Shown: positions 19,298 to 28,865 of the stretch, piece after piece
How positions within the stretch are numbered: the first letter of the stretch is position 1
Layout: every line of letters starts with the position of its first letter
Program-made: the position numbers and the translations under genes
The notes under the pieces: generated by a model
Databases searched by the model: none
Told to the model about the DNA's origin: nothing
The model's input: the letters and a program-made list of their open reading frames with translations, nothing else
DNA from: Vulcanimicrobiota bacterium
GTDB taxonomy: Bacteria > Vulcanimicrobiota > Vulcanimicrobiia > Vulcanimicrobiales > Vulcanimicrobiaceae
Assembly (NCBI GenBank): GCA_963723515.1
Contig: CAVRQT010000003.1
Span: forward strand, 102,010-166,009
DNA: 64,000 bases
Reading direction: 5' to 3'

Positions 19298-20093
19298 GTG
19301 AACGTTACAATCGACGGCGTTCGATTGCATGCGATCAGCGCCGGAAACGGATCGTGCGTCGTACTGTTGCACGGCTTTCCGTTGTCCGACGTGATTTGGA
19401 ATGCGCAGCTCGAAGCGCTCTCCTCCGCCTCACATGTAATTGCGCCCGATTTGCGCGGTATGGGGCAATCCGATGCGCCGCCGGGGCCGTATCTCATGGA
19501 GCATCTTGCCGCCGATATCGCTGCGATGCTCGACATCCTTGGAGTTTCACGCGCCGCGATCGTCGGGCATTCGATGGGTGGTTATGCGGCATTGTCGTTC
19601 TTTCGGATGTTCAGCGAACGTGTCTCGAGTTTGACGCTCATGTGCAGCCGCGTCGATGCCGATACGCCGCAAGCGGCAGAACGCCGAATTGCACTCGCAA
19701 CCCGCTTAGAGCGCGAAGGGATGGAGCCGGCGGTCGATGAGTATCTTCCCAAGCTGCTTGCCGCCGATGCCTCCAGTGGGCTCGTTGGTTCGGTTGCGGC
19801 GGTGATGCGTTCGCAAAACCCGATGGGCGCTGCGGCCTTGCTGCGTGGTGCGGCGGTACGCGCCTCGTCGGACGATTTGTTGGAAGATCTCGACGTGCCG
19901 GTGCTGATCGTCTGCGGGTCAGACGATGCGATTTCTCCACCGGAAACGAATGCCGGCGTTGCGGCGCGCATTCATGATTCAGAATTGAAAGTGATCGAGC
20001 GCTCGGCTCACTTGCCGATGCTGGAAAATCCGCACGCAACTGAGCGACGCTCTCAAGGGCTTCCTGCAGCGCTCGGGAACCATTCAGGTGTGA
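19298..20093 (+). CDS. alpha/beta fold hydrolase; 3' end shifted by a 1-nt indel at about 20036
   Basis: HG oxyanion (LLHGFP), nucleophile elbow GHSMGG, and late D and H (SAHLPMLENP). Dropping g20036 gives the typical tail ...LSDALKGFLQRSGTIQV, stop TGA 20091-20093. Without this correction the ORF runs on into the next gene (ORF 19298..20833). Confidence 0.75.
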
Positions 20094-20833
20094 AACGGAT
20101 GGTGGTCGTAGGGACCATCGTAGCGTCTGCGTTTCTCCTCTCCGCGGCTGCGACGCAAGCTCAAAGCAAGCCGTTGCGTCACCTTGTCTACAATGTGGGC
20201 GTCACCGAGTCGACGCAAACCGACGAGCTCGTCATGGGCAACCACGATTGGATGCCGACGGCCGGCAGCGGCGTCGCGCACTACAGCGGCGGCATGCTCT
20301 CAAATGGAACGATTGACGTCGATATCATCGGATTTACGAACGAAGGCGATGCTCTCGCCGTGCAAATCTCGGAGCATACCGACAATCGCCGTTCGCCGGT
20401 CGTTCGTGTCGACGTCACGTCGGACGGCGCCTTGCGGATGCGCTCGGAAGATGCGATCAACCTCACGTCGGAGGAGCAGGCGCTGTTGCGGCTTCTCGCA
20501 CGAAAGTTTCTCAGTCAAGACGGCATGCTGGCCGGAACATGGGTGCATCAGCTGATCGATCGTCAAGCCGATATTCACGAAGAATTCCATGTCACAGGAA
20601 CGCAGCCCAACGGCGACATCAACATCGCGCTCGACGAGCGGATCAAAGTTTCCGGCGCGCAGCCGTTCGATACGACGACGCACGGAACGATTACGTACAG
20701 CCCAGCGTACAAAGTACCGCGGTTGGTCCTCATTGACGGCCGCACGCATCACGAGGGTCTCCAGCAAACGCAGACCGAGGATCTCAAGGTGCACCTGAAC
20801 CTTGTCAGCGACTCGTTCGAACCAAACAGCTGA
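20090..20833 (+). CDS. secreted protein of unknown function, paralogue A
   Basis: GTG 20090 (GTGA overlap with the corrected hydrolase stop) gives MKRMVVVGTIVASAFLLSAAATQAQS as signal peptide. About half the positions are identical by eye to ORF 20910..21668. Confidence 0.65.
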   Translation: MKRMVVVGTIVASAFLLSAAATQAQSKPLRHLVYNVGVTESTQTDELVMGNHDWMPTAGSGVAHYSGGMLSNGTIDVDIIGFTNEGDALAVQISEHTDNRRSPVVRVDVTSDGALRMRSEDAINLTSEEQALLRLLARKFLSQDGMLAGTWVHQLIDRQADIHEEFHVTGTQPNGDINIALDERIKVSGAQPFDTTTHGTITYSPAYKVPRLVLIDGRTHHEGLQQTQTEDLKVHLNLVSDSFEPNS

Positions 20834-20909
20834 CTTTAAGCAAGCGCGTACTTAACAGCGCCCGCAACTGTTCAAGGATTGGCTGCCCCACAACCCTGAA
20901 GTAACATTC

Positions 20910-21668
20910 ATGAAAAGAACGGCGATCGTTGCACTCGCCCTGGGCGGCGTCTTTCTCTCGTGCGGCACGGCGCTTGCGCAAAAATTACCGCGTCACTTGG
21001 TCTATAAAGTCGGCGTGACGGTTTCCAGTCAGACCGAGGAGCTGACGATGGGTGAAGCCGGTCCCGGCGGTGCAAATGCTTCGATGGCCGGGGCGTCGGC
21101 GAGCAGCGGTGTCGCGCGCTACAACGGCGGCATGCTTTCGAAGGGAACGATCACGGCAGATGTCACCGGGATCACCGCGGACAACGCGTTGGCGGTGCAG
21201 ATCTCAGAGGATACGGATAACCGTAAGGCGCCGCCGGTGCGCGTCGACGTTATGCCGGACGGCCAACTCCGCATTCCGGCCGATCAGGCCCTCAACCTCA
21301 CTCCCGAGGAGCACGCGCTGTTGGCCCTGCTTGGACGCGACTTCGTGAGCAATGATGACGTCAACGCCGGTAAGTGGGTCCGCGAAGTATCACAGAGCCA
21401 ATCGAACGTTCACGAGACCTACCAAATCACCGGAACGCAGCCGAACGGCGATATCGCCATCACCGTAAACCAGCAGGTGAAAGTGACGGGCGCGCAGCCG
21501 TCCGATACGACGACCTACGGCACGATTACTTACAGCAGCAAATTTAAGGTGCCGCGTTCAATCTCGCTTAACGGACGCACCCATCAAGAGGGCGTTCAGC
21601 AAACGCAAACCCAGGATACCAAGCTGAACTTGGATCTCCTGAGCGATTCGTTTCAGACGGGCGGCTAA
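20910..21668 (+). CDS. secreted protein of unknown function, paralogue B
   Basis: Signal peptide MKRTAIVALALGGVFLSCGTALAQ. Shared blocks with paralogue A: HLVY.VGVT, ALAVQISE.TDNR, VRVDV, TGTQPNGDI, GTITYS, KVPR, GRTH.EG.QQTQT. Confidence 0.7.
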   Translation: MKRTAIVALALGGVFLSCGTALAQKLPRHLVYKVGVTVSSQTEELTMGEAGPGGANASMAGASASSGVARYNGGMLSKGTITADVTGITADNALAVQISEDTDNRKAPPVRVDVMPDGQLRIPADQALNLTPEEHALLALLGRDFVSNDDVNAGKWVREVSQSQSNVHETYQITGTQPNGDIAITVNQQVKVTGAQPSDTTTYGTITYSSKFKVPRSISLNGRTHQEGVQQTQTQDTKLNLDLLSDSFQTGG

Positions 21669-21718
21669 AGAATTTCGAAGAAATTGGCAAGCAATTTCTT
21701 CGAGAGAGAATAGGTTGA

Positions 21719-21758
21719 AAGCGGAGTGGCGAGTAAATCGTCACTCCGCTTTCTTCGG
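21719..21758 (+). terminator. intrinsic terminator after paralogue B
   Basis: aagcggagtg (21719-21728) pairs with cactccgctt (21742-21751) and is followed by a T-rich tail (tcttcggtt). A second hairpin, ttcgaagaaatt/aatttcttcga, lies at 21674-21703. Confidence 0.65.
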
Positions 21759-21777
21759 TTCGAAGCGCCGCGAAGAG

Positions 21778-21966
21778 CTACCGGGAGATTGGGAGCTGCG
21801 GGCGCCGTCCGAGGCGGCGCACGAAATTCACGAGGAACAACACGCCGATCAATAGCGCCGCGATCACGGCTGCCGCAACCACAATGGGCAGGGCGAGGAG
21901 AGCGACCTTTACGATGACGATGCAGAGCGCGAGCAAGATCGTCAGTCGAACAAATGTATTGAGCAT
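21778..21966 (-). CDS. possible small membrane protein
   Basis: ORF 21778..22014. From MLNTFVRLTILLALCIVIVKVALLALPIVVAAAVIAALLIGVLFLV there are two hydrophobic helices. No homology recognised; it could be a spurious ORF. Confidence 0.3.
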   Translation of the reverse strand: MLNTFVRLTILLALCIVIVKVALLALPIVVAAAVIAALLIGVLFLVNFVRRLGRRPQLPISR

Positions 21967-22007
21967 TCTGCGATATCTACCGGAACGCGCGGCAGCAAGT
22001 TTCGTCC

Positions 22008-24635
22008 ATGGCATCGAACGTACGTTCGTTCATGGCTGACGTCTTCGGAACGCTGCACCCGATCGTGGCGGGCTGGTGCCGCGAGCACTTGGTTGAGCCC
22101 ACGATGCCGCAGCGAGAGGCGCTGCCTCTGGGCGTCAAACTGCGCACCTTTCTGCTCTCATCTCCAACGGGCACCGGCAAGACCTTAGCCGCCTTTCTTC
22201 CTTTAATGAGCCGCTTAGCGGAACGCCGCGACGCCGATGAGTTGCTGCCGCGGACCTACGGCCTCTACGTCTCTCCTCTCCGGGCGCTCAGTTATGACGT
22301 CGAGCACAATCTGCGCGTGCCGTTGCGCGAAATGGGGTTGCTCGAGCGGCCCAATTCGGAGCGCGCCAAGCTCCGAAGGGGCCGCATCCGCGAATCAGTG
22401 GTCCGCACGGCGGTTCGAACGAGCGACACGCCGCTGGAAGAACGCCGCCTCATGCTCAGACGGCCTCCGCATCTGTTGCTGACGACGCCGGAATCGCTTG
22501 CGGTCATGCTGGCGATGGACTCCTATCGTAAGGCCCTTCGATTTGTTGAAACCGTGGTGGTTGATGAGGTACATGCGCTCGGCGGCAATAAGCGCGGCGC
22601 GCAACTGAGCCTGCTCTTAGAGTCGCTTGAGGAGTTGGTTGCCGCACCGTTCAATCGCATCGGGCTCTCCGCGACTGCCAGCCCGCTCGAACGCATCGCC
22701 GAATTCTTGGCCGGCGTCGGACGCGCATGTGAGATCGTTGACGCTCGCGGTTTGCGTTCGGTTCAGGTGCGTGTCGATGCGCCCTTCGAAGGTGCAATGG
22801 CGCCGCTCGCAACGGTTGCGCGCGCCGCTTCTGATCTTACGCGCGAGGTCCGCTCCGCGCTCGTCTTCACGAACGTTCGCAGTCAAGCGGAGCTGATCGG
22901 CCACGAGATGGCGCAGCTCGAGGAGGTGCCCGAGCACGTTGAAATCGCCGGCGACGTTCCTCGGCGTCGCGAGGGAACGCGCATCGGCGTCCATCATAGT
23001 GCGCTCGAACGGAACGTCCGCCATCGGATCGAGGCCGCGTTGCGCGACGGAAAGTTGCACACCGTCGTCTGCAGTTCGAGCTTAGAACTGGGGGTCGACA
23101 TCGGCTTCATGGATCGCGTCATCATCGTTGGCGGAGCGCGCGGCATTACGGCGACGCTGCAGCGTATTGGACGATCGGGGCACCGCCCGAACGCAATCGC
23201 GGATGGTGTCGTGATCGCTCAAGATCGCGATGATATCATTGAAGCGGCGGCGACCAAACGGTGCATTGCCGACGGCACGATCGAAGCGATTGAAATACCC
23301 GCTGCACCGCTCGACGTGCTCGCGCAATGGCTCGTCGGAAGCGTCGTACCTCGCCGTCGAGCGCAGGTGAACGATCTGTTGCGAATCGCTCGCCGAGCGT
23401 ATCCGTTCCGCGAACTTGAAGAATCGGATCTGCGCGCTTGCGCGCGGTATCTCTCCGGCCAAGGCGTCGGCTCCGAGCGGGCGCACGTGCGGCGCATCGG
23501 CTATGACGGGCATGCGCTCTATGGACTTGGACGCGATGTGTCAGCAGCATTCTTTGAAAATGTCGGAACGATTCCGGACGAGGCGCAGACCGTCGTCCGC
23601 GCACGCGAGGGCACCGACATCGGCCGTGTCGAGGAAGCGTTTCGGGATCAACTGCACGTCGGTGATGTCTTGCTGCTCGCCGGGCGAACGTTTGAAATCA
23701 AGGAAGTCCGTCGAGGGGGAGTTGTCGTTGAACCGGTCTCCGCGAAGCCGACCGTCCCGCAGTGGAGCTCGCATCTGCGCGGTATTTCGAAGCCGCTGGC
23801 GCTTGAAATCGATCGCCTTCGCAGCGGTGTAGCGCAGCGTTTAACGAGCACCTCTGCGGCTCGCGAGTGGTTGCAGCGCCGATACGGCTTGCGGGAATGG
23901 GAAGCGCGCCACGTCGTTGGATACCTCGCGCAGCAAGCCGCGATCTCTGCGATTCCGCAGCTGCAAGAGCCGATCGTCGAGATCTATCGGATGAGCGGCC
24001 GCCAAACCGCCGTCTTTCACACCGGCGCCGGGCGCCGGATCAACGAAACGCTCGGGCGCGCTGTCGGCGCACGGCTCTTCCGATTTGCCCGGACCAATAC
24101 GCAGCTGACAACCGACGACGGCGGCTTCATGCTGACCTTACCGCGCGGCAAAACGATTCCGGACGCCGTCTGGGCGTCGATGCTGCACGTGGAGCATTTC
24201 GAGCGCGATCTGCTCGAAGGTCTGCAATCGTCGCATCTGATCAAGACGAACTTCCGCTACGTTGCAAACACCGGACTCTTAGTGCTGCGGCGTGCCGGTG
24301 GTCGAGCGCTGCGGCGCCGCGCGCTCTCATGGAATGCGGCCGAAATTCTGGGGCGCGTGAAGAACGCCGATCCCGATTTCGTCTTGTTGCGGGAAACCAT
24401 CCGCACCGTCACTCGTGATCTGCTCGATGCGCCCGGCGCGCTCGAATATCTCAATGCGCTCAAAGGTGAGCCGCGCGTTCTGCATCCGCCGGCTGCCTCG
24501 CCGTTTACATTCGGGATCGTCACGTCGAGCTTCGGCGATTCGATCGTCTTGGAGGAGCGGACGACGATGGTGGAAGCGCTTCACGAACGCGTGCTAGCCC
24601 TTCGGCCCCGCTCAGGACAGGCCTTGGCGCAATGA
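22008..24635 (+). CDS. lhr: ligase-associated DNA damage response DEXH-box helicase (Lhr-like)
   Basis: 875 aa with motif I SSPTGTGKTLAAF, motif II VVVDEVHAL, SAT (GLSATASP), motif VI QRIGRSGHR, and a long Lhr-type C-terminal domain. Followed by pdeM with an ATGA overlap. Confidence 0.8.
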   Translation: MASNVRSFMADVFGTLHPIVAGWCREHLVEPTMPQREALPLGVKLRTFLLSSPTGTGKTLAAFLPLMSRLAERRDADELLPRTYGLYVSPLRALSYDVEHNLRVPLREMGLLERPNSERAKLRRGRIRESVVRTAVRTSDTPLEERRLMLRRPPHLLLTTPESLAVMLAMDSYRKALRFVETVVVDEVHALGGNKRGAQLSLLLESLEELVAAPFNRIGLSATASPLERIAEFLAGVGRACEIVDARGLRSVQVRVDAPFEGAMAPLATVARAASDLTREVRSALVFTNVRSQAELIGHEMAQLEEVPEHVEIAGDVPRRREGTRIGVHHSALERNVRHRIEAALRDGKLHTVVCSSSLELGVDIGFMDRVIIVGGARGITATLQRIGRSGHRPNAIADGVVIAQDRDDIIEAAATKRCIADGTIEAIEIPAAPLDVLAQWLVGSVVPRRRAQVNDLLRIARRAYPFRELEESDLRACARYLSGQGVGSERAHVRRIGYDGHALYGLGRDVSAAFFENVGTIPDEAQTVVRAREGTDIGRVEEAFRDQLHVGDVLLLAGRTFEIKEVRRGGVVVEPVSAKPTVPQWSSHLRGISKPLALEIDRLRSGVAQRLTSTSAAREWLQRRYGLREWEARHVVGYLAQQAAISAIPQLQEPIVEIYRMSGRQTAVFHTGAGRRINETLGRAVGARLFRFARTNTQLTTDDGGFMLTLPRGKTIPDAVWASMLHVEHFERDLLEGLQSSHLIKTNFRYVANTGLLVLRRAGGRALRRRALSWNAAEILGRVKNADPDFVLLRETIRTVTRDLLDAPGALEYLNALKGEPRVLHPPAASPFTFGIVTSSFGDSIVLEERTTMVEALHERVLALRPRSGQALAQ

Positions 24636-25390
24636 CGGCGTCGCAGCAGCTCCAACAGCATCAACTTTTCGCCGGCGTCGCAGCCCTTAGCAGCGGCATG
24701 CTGTGGTTTGAGGCCACACGCACCCTGGTTGGCGCCGACGTGCATCTCGGCTACGAGGAGGTAATCGGCGGAGCGCTGCCCCTGTGGAGCACGACGCCAT
24801 CGATCGATGCGCTATGCGACGCCGCGAGGCAGTTGCAAGCGCAGCACGTCGTGCTTTTAGGCGACGTTATTCACGGCGTTGAGATGAGCGACGGTGCCAG
24901 ACGGCGCATTACGCGCGCGCTGCGAACGCTCCGGTCGCGCGCGCACTTGCAGATCATCGCCGGGAACCACGAAGGAAGATCGCGCGGCGTCGCCGTTCTC
25001 GGAGAAACGTACGAACGGCTGGAAAGCAACGGCTGGGTGCTGATGCACGGCGACCGTCCGACGAACGAGAATCGCGCGGTCATCGGCCATCTTCACCCGA
25101 GCATTCACTTGGGCGGCGGCCAATCGGTACCCGTGTTCTTGGCATCACCGCAACTGATCGTCGTGCCGGCGATGACACCGTATTCGATCGGCCTCGACGT
25201 CCGCTCCGATGATTGTGCTGCCTCACTTGCGATGTGGCGCCTGCGCCCCAGTGATTTTCAGGTTATCGCCTCGGTGCCATCGGGTCTGTTTGCATTGGGA
25301 AGTTTGGCGGCGCTGCGTTCCGCGCAGCATCGGTCGGATGGTGCATCCGGGCGAGGATTTCATCGAAAATTTCTGCAGCCGGATCGCTAG
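24632..25390 (+). CDS. pdeM: ligase-associated DNA damage response metallophosphoesterase PdeM
   Basis: Calcineurin-like motifs DVHLGYE, LLGDVIHG, GNHEG, MHGD and GHLHP, in the position immediately after the Lhr-like helicase. Confidence 0.75.
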   Translation: MTASQQLQQHQLFAGVAALSSGMLWFEATRTLVGADVHLGYEEVIGGALPLWSTTPSIDALCDAARQLQAQHVVLLGDVIHGVEMSDGARRRITRALRTLRSRAHLQIIAGNHEGRSRGVAVLGETYERLESNGWVLMHGDRPTNENRAVIGHLHPSIHLGGGQSVPVFLASPQLIVVPAMTPYSIGLDVRSDDCAASLAMWRLRPSDFQVIASVPSGLFALGSLAALRSAQHRSDGASGRGFHRKFLQPDR

Positions 25391-25926
25391 CGTAGGGTAT
25401 CGAGTATCGTATAGACGGCGGCCACTTGGGTTGCCGATTCGATCGCGCCACGGCGCAGCAAATCGTGCAGTTGAGCGAGCGACACGACTTCGACCTCGAT
25501 GTCTTCAGCCGGATCGAGTTTCTGCGCGAGCTCGTGGCGCACGCCGCGAGCGAGAAACAGGTGCATCAGCGTCGTTGAATTGGTAGGATCCGGAACGAAG
25601 GTTCGAACGAGCTCGAGCGAGTCGGCGACATAGCCGGTTTCCTCAGCCAATTCGCGCACGGCGGCTTCCTGCGGCGACTCGCCGTCGTCGATAAAGCCGC
25701 TCGGTAACTCCAGCACGGAGCGTCGAATGCCGTACTTGAATTGCCGCACCAGAATGACTTTTTCGTCATTCGTGAGAGCAAAGATCGAGCTGAAGCCGCG
25801 CGTTTCACGAACGTAGTAGTCGTCGATGATCGCGCCGCTGGCCAGTTCGATCGTGTCTTTGCGCAATCGCATGTACGGTGAATCGATCACATACGAGGAC
25901 GCCAGCACCCGCCATTTGTGGTTCAT
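25387..25926 (-). CDS. NUDIX hydrolase (ADP-ribose pyrophosphatase-like)
   Basis: Nudix box GFIDDGESPQEAAVRELAEETGY. ATG 25926 (MNHKWRVL). Confidence 0.8.
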   Translation of the reverse strand: MNHKWRVLASSYVIDSPYMRLRKDTIELASGAIIDDYYVRETRGFSSIFALTNDEKVILVRQFKYGIRRSVLELPSGFIDDGESPQEAAVRELAEETGYVADSLELVRTFVPDPTNSTTLMHLFLARGVRHELAQKLDPAEDIEVEVVSLAQLHDLLRRGAIESATQVAAVYTILDTLR

Positions 25927-26016
25927 GATCGCTCTGCAACATTCCCCATGGAGCGGCGCGATACACATGTTGGTGGTAAGGACCGCCGGACCCCGTTCGT
26001 CAAACGGAATTCAATC

Positions 26017-27500
26017 ATGCAACGAATAGCTGTGGTTGGAGCAGGGACGATGGGCGCGGGCATCGCGCTGACCGCGGCGATCGCCGGCTTCGACGTCGAT
26101 CTTGTGGAGATCGACGCGGCGATCCGCGAGCGCGCAGGCGAGCGCTTGAAGCGCGACTCGCAACGCCTCGGCCGCTCCGATGCGCTGTCGCGCATTCAGA
26201 TGTGGGGCTCGATCGCCGAGCTTCGTGCGGTCGAGCTGGCGATCGAGGCGGTTCCTGAAAATCTCGCTCTCAAGCAGCAGGTGTTCACACAACTCGAGCA
26301 ACGCTTAGGCGATCGCGCGATTCTCGCGACAAATACGTCGTCGCTCAGCGTTACCGAAATCGGCGACGCACTTGCCGATCCCGGCCGGTTGATCGGCCTG
26401 CATTTCTTCAATCCGGCGGCCGTGATGAAGCTCGTCGAAGTTGTTAAGACGAATCGCAATGACGAGACCGTTGTAGAGATCGGCCGCGCATTTGTGCAGT
26501 CGCTCGGCAAGACCGCAGTACTTACCGCCGATACACCGGGCTTCATCGTTAATCGCGTCGCACGCCCGTACTATCTTCAAGCGTTGCGTGCGTTGGATGC
26601 CGGGCCGGCCGAGATCGCGGATCTCGATCTCTTGGCGCGCGGCGCCGGCTTTCGCATGGGCCCGTTCGAATTGATGGATCTGATCGGCTTAGACGTCAAT
26701 CTCGCGACGACGGAATCGATATACGAGCGAACGGAAGCGGCGCGCTTTGGGCCGGTGCCGCGTCAGCAGAAGATGGTCGCGGAGAAGAAGCTAGGTCGAA
26801 AGACCGGGCGAGGGTTTCTACAGCGTACGAAAGCGATCGGGGTAACGCGATCGGCGCCAATTACGGCGCCTGAGCCGCCGGCTCGTAATGAAGATGAAAT
26901 GATTGTCGTCCTCGGCTTCGGCGACAATCGCGGAGACGATTGCTTCGTACGTTGCAGCAGACGTATGCAAACGTTCAGCAGATCCAGACCGACATTGGGC
27001 CCGATGATGCATTTCGACGGACCTTGACGCTGAGCCGACGATCGTCTTCGATATCGGTGACGGCGTCTCAGATCGCATCAGCGGCGCTGGCCGAGATCGA
27101 AAACCTTATTTCGGATGATGCGGTTATCTTCTTTGATGCCTATGCGACGCCGATGCGAAGCATTGCCAAGCGCTTGAAGCACCCCGAGATGGTTGTCGGA
27201 TACGGCATCGTTGGATCGTTGGAACGACAAGCCGTCGTCGAAATCGTTGATGCGGACGCAACGGATGATGATGCGCTGGCGCTTGCCGAAGAAATTTTCG
27301 CTGCGCTCGGCAAGCAGCACGATGCTCGTGGCGAGTTCCAGCGACTGTTTTTGGGGCGCGTTATCGGTTCGATTGTCAGCGAAGCAGTATATGCGGTACA
27401 GGACGGCGTCGCTGCGCGTGATGACATCGATCTGGCGATGCAACTCGGCACGAACTATCCAATTGGCCCGATCTCGTGGGGCACAGAGATCGGCGCGTGA
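26017..27500 (+). pseudogene. paaH: long-form 3-hydroxyacyl-CoA dehydrogenase (PaaH-like), at least 3 frameshifts
   Basis: VVGAGTMGAGIA, NTSSLS, HFFNPAAVMKLVEVV, PGFIVNR and MGPFELMDLIGLDV in ORF 25918..27027. The second (duplicated C-terminal) module is in ORF 26940..27500 (GTNYPIGPISWGTEIGA). Shifts at about 26929, about 26948 and 27498. The tail ERIARMLDAI... continues in another frame and may end at TGA 27673-27675, overlapping the thiolase ATG. Confidence 0.7.
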
Positions 27501-27671
27501 GCGCATCGCGCGAATGCTCGACGCAATTGGCGAATGCCGAAGGAAAGGAATTCGGGCCGGCCCGCGCGCTTGTGGGCGATGGATGCGCAGAGCGGAGCGG
27601 TGCGAGCAGATGGCCGAAGACAAATCGAGGTCAGCACCATGCGTACGGCACGGAGTTCTAACGGCCATAAC

Positions 27672-28862
27672 ATGAGAGACGTTGTCATCGTCGATGCGGT
27701 TCGCACGCCGATCGGGCGGTATGGCGGCGCGTTGGCAGGGGCGCGCCCCGATGATTTGGCGGCGACCGTCGTTAAGGCGCTTGTTGAGCGCACCGGTGTC
27801 GATCCCGCAGCGATCGAAGATGTCTTCTTCGGCGCTGCGAACCAAAGTGGTGAAGATAACCGCAACGTTGGCCGGATGGCGGCGATCCTTGCAGGTTTGC
27901 CGTTAGATGTCGCGGGGGCGACGTTCAATCGGTTGTGCGGCAGCAGCCTGCAAGCGATCAACTCAGCCGCGCAAGCCATTGCATGGGGCGATGGTGACGT
28001 CATCATCGCGGGCGGGGTCGAATCGATGACGCGCGCGCCGTTTGTACAACTGAAGTCGGAGCGCGCATTCGAACGTTCACCCCAAGTGTTTGATACGACG
28101 ATCGGGTGGCGGATGATCAATCGCTCCATGCCCCACGAATATACAATCGCGCTCGGCGCAACGGCTGAGAACGTTGCCGAGCGCTATAAGATCTCTCGTG
28201 AAGAGCAAGATCGATTCGCCTTCGAGTCGCAGCGTAAGACGAAGGCGGCCGTTGAGAGGGGCTGCTTCGATGATGAGTTGGTTCCCGTTACGGTTGCACA
28301 TGGAAAGCAGACAAGCGAAGTTGTCGCCGACGAACATCCACGGCCGCAGACGTCGCTCGAAGATTTGGCGCGACTGAAACCGGCTTTTAAAGAAGGCGGC
28401 ACGGTGACCGCCGGAAATTCATCGGGGATCAACGATGGCGCGGCGGCGATCTTGCTGTGTGAAGCGCAAGCCGCAAAGCAATTTGGTTTTCGGCCGCTTG
28501 CCCGCATCGTCGCATCCGGCGTGGCCGGCGTTGACCCGCGCTTTATGGGCTTAGGACCGATTCCGGCGACGAAGAAGGCGTTACAGCGGGCTGGACTGCG
28601 GATGGAAGACGTCGATCTGGTTGAGATCAACGAAGCTTTTGCCTCGCAGTCGATCGCATGTCTGCGCGACCTAGAGATCGATCCCGCGAAGGCGAATCCG
28701 AACGGCGGCGCGATTGCGTTGGGACATCCGCTTGGAGCAAGCGGCGCGCGGATCATGACGACGCTCGTGCATGAGCTCCGCCGCCAAAACCTGCGCTACG
28801 GCGTGGCGACGATGTGCGTCGGAGTCGGGCAAGGAATAACGACAGTCATTGAAAGGTTGTAG
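27672..28862 (+). CDS. acetyl-CoA C-acyltransferase / 3-oxoadipyl-CoA thiolase-like
   Basis: ATG 27672 (MRDVVIVDAVRTPIGR). Active-site Cys in NRLCGSSLQAI, plus NEAFASQ, GGAIALGHPLGASG and CVGVGQG. Confidence 0.85.
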   Translation: MRDVVIVDAVRTPIGRYGGALAGARPDDLAATVVKALVERTGVDPAAIEDVFFGAANQSGEDNRNVGRMAAILAGLPLDVAGATFNRLCGSSLQAINSAAQAIAWGDGDVIIAGGVESMTRAPFVQLKSERAFERSPQVFDTTIGWRMINRSMPHEYTIALGATAENVAERYKISREEQDRFAFESQRKTKAAVERGCFDDELVPVTVAHGKQTSEVVADEHPRPQTSLEDLARLKPAFKEGGTVTAGNSSGINDGAAAILLCEAQAAKQFGFRPLARIVASGVAGVDPRFMGLGPIPATKKALQRAGLRMEDVDLVEINEAFASQSIACLRDLEIDPAKANPNGGAIALGHPLGASGARIMTTLVHELRRQNLRYGVATMCVGVGQGITTVIERL

Positions 28863-28865
28863 AAG

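Noticed and set aside
19298-20833. 511-aa alpha/beta hydrolase fused to a secreted-protein domain
   Set aside because: The hydrolase tail (LSDALKGFLQRSGTIQV, then stop) is present one frame off. The downstream part starts with its own GTG and a signal peptide paralogous to the next gene. The apparent fusion is caused by a single extra base near 20036.
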